This document shows, one piece after another, positions 44,593 through 64,000 of a stretch of 64,000 nt of DNA. Numbering within the stretch: position 1 is the stretch's first letter; each line of letters starts with the position of its first letter. Origin of the DNA: the human T2T-CHM13v2.0 reference genome, Homo sapiens; the NCBI RefSeq assembly GCF_009914755.1, contig NC_060925.1; one strand, 5' to 3'. The position numbers and the translations under genes are program-made. The notes beneath the pieces are model-generated. The model searched no databases and was not told the DNA's origin. It saw only the letters and a program-made list of their open reading frames with translations.

Positions 44593-45697
44593 TTTAAGCA
44601 TCTTCTATCCATGAGGGGCTCTGTGTTTGAAGAAGGATGAGGAAGATGCCCCGTGCAGGCCCCACCAACTTCCCAGTGGCTCACTTCCTGCTTTGCCCCT
44701 CACTCACTGGCACTTTCTGTGTTTCAGCAGCCTGTTCTGGCCATAGCAAAAAGGGGTCCTCCAGCGACTGCCACAGCTGTTCCAACAACAGCCTCAGCCT
44801 TTGGCATTTCATGGTTTCCTCAGGAAACTGACTAGATGAGCCCATTTCTTAGGGACAGCCCAGTTTAAGACCACAGGGACAACCTTGAACCCACTAACTC
44901 TATCCTCATCTCACTCTACCAGCCAGCTACAGTGAAGGTTCTTTTGGAGGCCAGTGACAGAAGCCAACTCAGCCAAAAGTGGAATCCAAGGCCGGGCGCG
45001 GTGGCTCACGCCTGTAATCCTAGCACTTTGGGAGGCCGAGGTGGGCGTATTACCTGAGCTCAAGAGTTCAAGGCCAGCCTGAGCAACACGGCGAAAACCC
45101 GTCTCTACTAAAATACAAAAAATTAGCCGGGCGTGGCGGCATGCGCCTGTAGTCCCAGCTGCCTCGCCTGTAGTCCCAGCTACTTGGGAGGCTGAGGCAG
45201 AAGTGCTTGAACCCGGGAGGCGGAGCTTGCAGTGAGCCAACATTGCGCTACTGCTCTCCAGCCTGGGCGACAGAGCGAGACTCCACCTCCAAAAAAAAAA
45301 AAAGTGGAATCCAGTGGGAGGGTGCCAGAGTGCGTCACAGTACAAAGGGAAATTGAAGAGCCAAGGCCCAGGAAGGGCAGGGACCAGGGCAGTCCTGTGG
45401 ATGCTAACAGCGGGGGTTCATGGGCTCTCACTGTGGAGCACAGCTAGACTTGGTACCAGAGACTTGTCTCTGCTCCAATTTCCTGGCAGACAGAATCTAA
45501 TTGGCTCAGCCGTGTCAGGTGCCCATCCCTGGTCCAATCAGCAATGGCGGGGTAGGGGTGGACTCCCAGCCATGATGGCGTAGGGGTGGGGCAGGTCCTA
45601 GGGCAGTTAACACAGCTGAGGGCCAAGAAACTCACTAGGAGGATAGCTACTCAAGGAAGAGGTTTGTTCTGTGTAGAAAAAAGGATCTGAGATATTA

Positions 45698-46118
<421 letters not shown>

Positions 46119-46164
46119 CTATTCTTCCCCTGTGAATATCCTTCCCAGATTCTGGCACCCACTT

Positions 46165-46800
<636 letters not shown>

Positions 46801-47294
46801 CAGATGTAGCTTCATCCCAGCTCCCAAAGTGCCGCAAATTGCACAAAGTGCTGGTGCTCACTGGAAGGCCACATCCTCGACCCCAATCCTCTCCACCATG
46901 CCCTGACCATCTCCTTGATCTTGTCCCAGCACTGTCTAGCGAGACCTCAAGTCCCTCTCCTAGCAGGAGCCTGGGCCCCTGGGATAGGCAATTTTTGCTC
47001 TAACCCTACTCCTGATACCATCTTTTTTTTTCCTCTCCTTTCTTTTTCTTTCTGTTCTGATTCTCACCAACGTTCATTTTTAATTTTATCATTTAAAAAT
47101 ATTTTATAGTTATGTAAACAACTTCAAACTTTTTTCCAGAGCTAGGTGATGAATAACCAAATAGGGGAAGGAATTTCAATTGCCCCTAATCCTGTATTAG
47201 TCCCTGTGCAGATGGGCCTAATGAGTACTGCACCAGGATTTCTAATTATCCTTAATGAGCTCCTAAAATTCATGGGGCATGATAGAATGAGGTT

Positions 47295-47742
47295 GATTGT
47301 TAATCAAATGGCCCAATGAATCAAGCCTCCTGGTATCTACGCCCTTGGATAGGCCCCTCCCATGGTGACTCTGGGATTGGCCACGTGACTTGCTTTGGCT
47401 AGTGGGACATCAGTGACTATGACACAGAGGCCAGATAAGTGCTTGTGATTTGGGGCTTACTCTGTTAGCACTGTCCTGGAACCACCATGTGAGGAAACCT
47501 AGGCTACATGGTCATCCTTGAGGATGAAAGATCTCATGAAGAGTGAGGCTTAACCATCCCCACCATCCCAGCTGAACCTAGCCCACAGCCATTCTTCCAG
47601 CTGAACGTAGCTGCACAAGTAAGCCCTGGAAAAATCAGCAGAAGAATGCAGCCAACCCACATTTTCATGAGAAATAAAAAAACATTACTGTTTTAAGCCT
47701 AAGTCTTGGGTGGTTTGTTATGCAGCAACAGCGAACTGATAC
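47295..47742 (+). mobile_element. MLT1 (G/H-like) MaLR LTR
   Basis: 3' end TGTTTTAAGCC...GGTGGTTTGTTATGCAGCAACAG..AACTGATACA. Confidence 0.65.
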
Positions 47743-48273
47743 AATGGGTCGCAGTAACACTCACAGGACAGTATTTCTGTGCTGCTATTTCCACTTGATA
47801 TTCTGGAGCTTCATGTAGATCTGTTGCAGTGAAGCAATAAAACAATACAGTGGCTTAAACAAGATTGTTTGTTTTCTTGTATGTAAGAGGTCGGAGTTAG
47901 GTCTTCATGTTTTCATGTCTGGTGGGGCAACTGTGCCCACCTTCAAAATGGCCCTTCTGGCTGGGCATGGTGGCTCACATCTGTAATCCCAGTACCTTGG
48001 GAGACAGAAGTGGGCATATCACTTGAGCTCAGGAATTTGAGGCCAGTCTGGGCAACATAGTGAGACCCCGTCTCTACTAAAAATACAAAAAAATAAGCTG
48101 GGCGGCTGGGCGCAGTGGCTCACGCCTGTAATCCCAGCACTTTGGGAGGCCGAGGCGGGTAGATCACGAGGGCAGAAGTTCAAGACTAGCCTGGCCACGA
48201 TGGTGAAACCCCGATTCTACTAAAAATACAAGAATTAGCTGGGTGTGGTGGTGGGGGCCTGTAATACCAGCTA

Positions 48274-48641
<368 letters not shown>

Positions 48642-48645
48642 CTAA

Positions 48646-49028
<383 letters not shown>

Positions 49029-49318
49029 TAGCCACGCAGCATGTGCCCAGCTAAAATATGGCCATTCTATTTATTAAAGAGAGAAGGAGAAACTACGCAT
49101 TTGAGGATGACTAGCAGTCAATGCTGTGTAATCTGCCTCCAGGGTTCTCAGCAGTGTTCTCAGTAAATATGAGTATCCCATGGATTAGGTGGTTTAATTT
49201 CTTATCATAAAACAATCATAAGTATCAAGTTTTTATCTATGAATTGGTTAGGGAGATTTAGGCTGCAAGTAACAGAATACTAAGCTAAAAGTTGTCTAAA
49301 GAGTTGGGAGTTTCCTAG

Positions 49319-49590
<272 letters not shown>

Positions 49591-49718
49591 TGATCTGCCC
49601 GCCTCAGCCTCCCAAAGTGCTGGGATTACAGGCGTGAGCCACTGTGCCCGGCCTTCTCCGAATAATTTTTTTAAATGAGCCAGGTGCGGTGGTATGTGCC
49701 TGTGGTCCCAGCTACTCA

Positions 49719-50036
<318 letters not shown>

Positions 50037-51362
50037 TTAGGTGTATTCACTCATTTGATTTTCACAGCACCCTGAGAAGAAAGTCCAATTATTTTCATTT
50101 TGCAGAGGAGGAACACGAGGTACAGAAAGGTCAAGTAATCTGCTTAAGACAACACAGCCAATCGGAGGCAGAGCCATGCTTTTAGCCCAGATGGTTTGAC
50201 CCTGGAGCCTGCACTTTTGTGTGGCTGCATTTGCCACGGGCAGCATCTCAGGAAGGGAGGCTTGGACAGGGGTCCTCCTAAAACATCTCTTTTTGTAAGA
50301 GGAGGAAAATTCCTCCCAGAAGCCCCCAGCAGCCTCCCCCTCTTATCTCATTGGCCAGAACAGGGTCCCATGGTTCTCCCCAACCCAATTACCAGCAGAG
50401 GGGAGTGGATCAAATGTAAATATCCCAGTCACCATCCACCTGGGGGTAATTAGTACATTGTCCTCCCACCAGAACAAAACAAGCTTCTTTTAGCAAGGAA
50501 GCGGGGGGGCAAATATCTGCCCCTAGGCAGAACCCATGGTTGGTAGCTGGGGTCCGCCAGCCCACTGGGATTGAAATAAGGTTGGCTCAGACCCCATCCC
50601 TTACTTTCCACAAGGCTTCTGCAATTTCTCAGGCTTACAATTGTGTGCCTCTGATTTCCGGCTTCTGCTGAATTCTAGCAGCTGTTCCCTTTATTTCTGC
50701 CCTGGAATTGACTCAAATGTAGGATGCAGCCCGTTTCTTCTCCCAAGAAACCGTGGATACCAGACTGCTCTGTAAGCAGAATTTCACTAAGATTTGTGGG
50801 TCCCTGGAAGAGTTATAGAGTGGCTCAGCACACGACTGAAAGTGGCACTGGGACGTCTCTGCTCTTACAAGCTGGTTTCTCAGGCATCCTCCAGCCCCGC
50901 CCGCACAGGGCTGCTGCTCCCATCTGCTGGCGCCCATGCCCATCTACCCGCCTCCCTTCTTCAGCCCCTGCGTGACAGACACCTCGATGCCCCAGGGGCT
51001 TCCAATTCTCACACAGGAGACCCTGCATTTCAGCTCTCCCTAGCCCCTCCTGCTCTTCCCAAACCAGGCTGCCAAGCCAAACCCAGTAAGGGCCTTTTAA
51101 GAACAAAAGGGCCTTTTAGTTAATGCAGCAGGATCTACTTTCCTTAGAAGGAAGCTTTGGTTATAAATAACAACCTTTCCCCTCTGGATTCCTCCAGGTG
51201 CATTGGAAATTCAAATTTCAGAATAAGCTGACTGCCAAGAGGGCCCTCCCCCTGTCGGGAGTCCCTTAGTCCATGGGAAATTCACAGAGAAGGAAACAGT
51301 CACTTTTCCTGCACCTGAGAAGGTAAAAATCAAACTGCCTTAGAAAGATTCTGTCCTCCTAA

Positions 51363-51605
<243 letters not shown>

Positions 51606-51985
51606 TAGGAGCCTGTTGTATGCAATCTTGAGGGCTGAAGAAGTGAGAGGGACCCACCCCATCCTACCTCTACAGAATGCTTGGCACCCCCACCAATGTT
51701 CCTAGACTCCATCTCAGGACCAAGGTAGTGTAGACCCAAAGCCCGGCCCTATCCTGGCTCCCAAGCATCCCACAGCCTCTGGGGTAGAGGTGGTTAGAGG
51801 CACCAGCTCTAGACCTTGGCTGCCTTCTGTCTGCCCTCAGGGTCTGCTCAGATCAGGACACCCCCTCCCCCAGGCTGGGGCTCAGCCTCAGCATCCTTGG
51901 CAGGGCTCCCCACAGGGGCATTTCCACAACTTTCCAGCCCTGGCCTCCTGTTCAAGGGTTCGGCCTCAGGCAGGACTAGAGCTGA

Positions 51986-52802
<817 letters not shown>

Positions 52803-52927
52803 TAAACCCTCAGGTGATTCTGACTCTCCTGGAACCTGAGAACCACCAGTCTACGGGAACAGAGCCCTGCTTTGGGTCAGGTGTGTATAACTATGGTATT
52901 CCCTTTCTTCTCTGCCTCTATTGTTGA

Positions 52928-53696
<769 letters not shown>

Positions 53697-54403
53697 CCAC
53701 TCTCTACCTCTGTTTGTTTAGGGGCAGGCATAGAATCCCATTCTAGTCAATGAGACAGAAAGGGGTTCTGGAAAGTTCCCCCACCCCCTTATAAAACAAG
53801 GAGGACGTCTTCAAGGAGGACGTCTGAGGAGAAGCTTTGCCGTGGCCTTTTGCCTTTGGATGCTGCCAGAGGGGTTAGAAGGCGGAGCTCCACAGTCAGG
53901 CAGCTGGGGTGTGTATCCTAGCGGGGAGAGCAAGAGACAGTGGGACAAAAATAATAACAGTAATAGCAGCAATGCTTCTTGAGGACTTTCCGCATGGCAG
54001 GCCCTATTCTAAGCACCTCATGTAGCATATTTTACCCTCAAACAGTCCTGAGGTAGGTTCTGTTATTGCGATTTTATAAATGAGGAAACTGAAGCACAGA
54101 CAAGTTTAAATAACTCGTTCAAAGTCATACAGCTCATACATGGAGGCCAGCATGCAGGCCAGGTGTGTGGGGTATGGGCATTGCGGGCTACTTTAGGGAC
54201 CCTGACCTTTTCCTCAGCATAGTGGGAAGCTGGTGAAAGGTTTTAAGCAGGGGTGGCCCCTCTGATTTACCTTTTTTTTTTTTTTTTTTTTTTTGAGACA
54301 GTGTCTCACTCTGTTGCCCAGGCTGGAGCGCACTGGTGAGATCTTGGCTCACTGCAGCCTCAAACTCCTGGGCTCAAGTGATCCTCCCACCTCAGCCTCC
54401 TGA

Positions 54404-54604
<201 letters not shown>

Positions 54605-54998
54605 TAAATTCTCTGCTGGGGACAAGCCAGCCACACTTGCACGGCCTGTTCTTCAGCCTCTTTTCCTCCCTGAGACATCAGTCCCTTAGCAAACCCAGCG
54701 TCTTGGGTGACTGGGACCAGGGTGACTCAATGGCAGATGCTGATGGGTGAGACAGCCACAAAGATGATCTTTGGAGAGTGAGTTATAGGTGATTTGTTTT
54801 ATTTAATTTTTAATTTTTTTATTTTTTTTTGAGACAGAGTCTCACTCTGTCGCCCAGGCTGGAGTGCAGTGGCGTGATCTCAGCTCACTGCAACCTCCTC
54901 CTCCCGGTTCAAGCTACTCTCCTGACTCAGCCTCCAGAGTAGCTGAGATTCCAGGCATGTGCCACCACACCCAGCTAATCTTTGTATTTTTAGTATAG

Positions 54999-55124
<126 letters not shown>

Positions 55125-55199
55125 TAAATCTGAATTTTTACATTTTTTTATAATAAGTGACCATATATCACTTGCTATTTAAAAAAAAATTTTTTTTGA

Positions 55200-55307
<108 letters not shown>

Positions 55308-55725
55308 TAGCTGGGACTACAGGCATGTGCCACCACGCCCAGATAATTTTTGTATTTTTAGTAGAGGCAGGGTTTCACCATGTTGGCCAGGCTGGTCTCA
55401 AACTCCTGACCTCCGGTGATTCTCCTGCCTTGGCCTCCCAAAGTGCTGGGATTACAGGCATGAGCCACCGTGCCCAGCCAAAAGTCATTATTTATAAAAA
55501 GAAAGATGAGGGGCCAGCACCCCACCCTCCCCAGGGTTGTTGACTCCTGCTGGTACTGGCTGTGGCTGAAGTCATCATCATGGAGGCTAACCCTTGGAGG
55601 GTAGATAGTGCAGTGGCAGCATCCTAAGGGCTTTATGTGACCTGTATGAACTCATTTAATCCCCACTGGCTTGGCCAAGGCCACAGAGCTGAAGAGTGGC
55701 AGGCTAGCGTCCGGACTCTCAGCTA

Positions 55726-58394
<2,669 letters not shown>

Positions 58395-58558
58395 AAACAA
58401 ACTCATTCTTGTGGTGTCAGCCCACAGAGCCGTCACCTTAGATAGGCTCTGCCCTTCTTGGGACCCTAGGCTCCTGGATCTGTTGCAGTATGAGTGGGGT
58501 GGGAGGGGTGGTCATTTGAGGGATGTAGACACCTGATAATTATGGTTAAGAATTTGTA

Positions 58559-61730
<3,172 letters not shown>

Positions 61731-61789
61731 TAATGCTGGAGTAGAACTTGGATTTAGACCCAGGCTTGCCTGACCCTGAGAAACTCCAC

Positions 61790-62913
<1,124 letters not shown>

Positions 62914-64000
62914 GGGCTTCATTCTGTGTCCTCATGTAACTCTTAAGAAAATCAGGAGTCCATTCCGAACCCTTGGGTGAACTGAAGGCAGGTGGAGATC
63001 AGGGGACTTGGGGGAGGCAGTGAGGGTGGAGGGCAGGGGTCAAGCACCCAGGGCCTCAGGTCATCTGTGTCCATCCCCTGAGGCAGGCTCTGGGCAGCCC
63101 TCCCTGAGGAGGTAGCCCTGTCCCCAGGGCCCTGGATGGTGAGGATGACCCAGCCTTCGTAACCCTGCCCTCACACACAGCGCTCACTCCAAAGCTTGCT
63201 GGAATCATCTGAGGCTACCAGTGTCTACAGCACATCGAGCTACCCTTATGGAGCCTGGGACCAGCCCCAGGAAGCCAATCTCAGCTCAGGAGCCAGGATT
63301 TTAGTGCAAAGCTGCGCCCCCTTCTGTAAACCATGGTTCTCCTGAGAAACAGCTCATGCCTTTGGTAAGCTCCTGGGCCCTGGGGAGATGGAACACCTGA
63401 CTTGCGGCACCTGGGGACCATGTGACCAGAGCTGAGCACTGTCTGACCTTGCCACAAAGTCAGGTGTGCCCAACGGTTTCTGTCATCAAGGGGAGAAAGT
63501 ACACGTGGGTGAGGGCTGAGCGCAGGCATGTCCTGAAGCCCAGCTGAGCCTCTCAGCAGGCAGCTCCTTCCCCAGAGTCCCTTCTCCAGCTTCCCAAAGC
63601 CCCTGCGTCCGCCCATACCTTGGGCACAGGTCCCTAAGACCAACTGAACACTCGAGCATGAGCCAGGCAGACAGCCTGGGTGGATGCCAGCAGAAAGATT
63701 GGTGAAGACTGGATCTCCTGGGCAGAAGCGGTGACAGGCACATGGCGTCCAGTGTGAGGCTGGAGGCATCAGGGAGCACAGGGATGCAAGCCCCTCTACG
63801 TTCTCCCTTGTCATGGCTGGGTGTGAGAATGACCTTAGGCAATGGGGTGGGGCATGAATATTTTGAGCTTGTGCCAGCTGTGTGGTGGAGCGTGGGCCTG
63901 TACGGAGGCACTGCACTCCCATCTCCCTCGGCTCCCAACTCCCTCCGTGGGAAGCTGAGTTCAGGCACTGCCCCTCCTGTATGGACAGGGAGCCACTGGT

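Noticed and set aside
53797-53825. 14-bp tandem duplication CAAGGAGGACGTCT
   Set aside because: Trivial slippage duplication with no supporting context.
63281-63968. 213-aa and 160-aa minus-strand ORFs in unique GC-rich DNA
   Set aside because: No recognisable domain or exon structure; such lengths are plausible by chance at this GC content.

Overview
Primate, almost certainly human, genomic DNA: it contains a hominid-specific SVA and many AluY/S/J copies. The only protein-coding sequence I can support is coding exon 1 of TENT5B (FAM46B, a non-canonical cytoplasmic poly(A) polymerase; from memory at 1p36.11) on the minus strand at 4471-4734. Its TATA/CCAAT/GC-box CpG-island promoter lies at about 4.9-5.2 kb, and 1-4470 is intron 1. 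The remaining ~59 kb is very Alu-dense upstream/intergenic DNA. It holds an orphan CpG island at ~24.3-24.9 kb, two same-orientation CTCF sites (37.5 and 38.9 kb), a long fragmented L2, an L1 fragment, several solo ERV LTRs (two LTR26/MER41-like, MER61-like, LTR9-like, LTR2), MaLR LTRs, a piggyBac-derived MER85 MITE and a near full-length SVA with a double poly(A) tail. Nearly all other ORFs are Alu/SVA read-through artefacts. I found no convincing new gene or novel biological system. The best leads are transposon-donated regulatory motifs (octamer, GAS/CArG, TEAD+ARE, DUX-type, PGBD3 palindrome) upstream of TENT5B, and the atypical SVA. Repeat subfamily names come from remembered consensus sequences and need RepeatMasker/Dfam confirmation.
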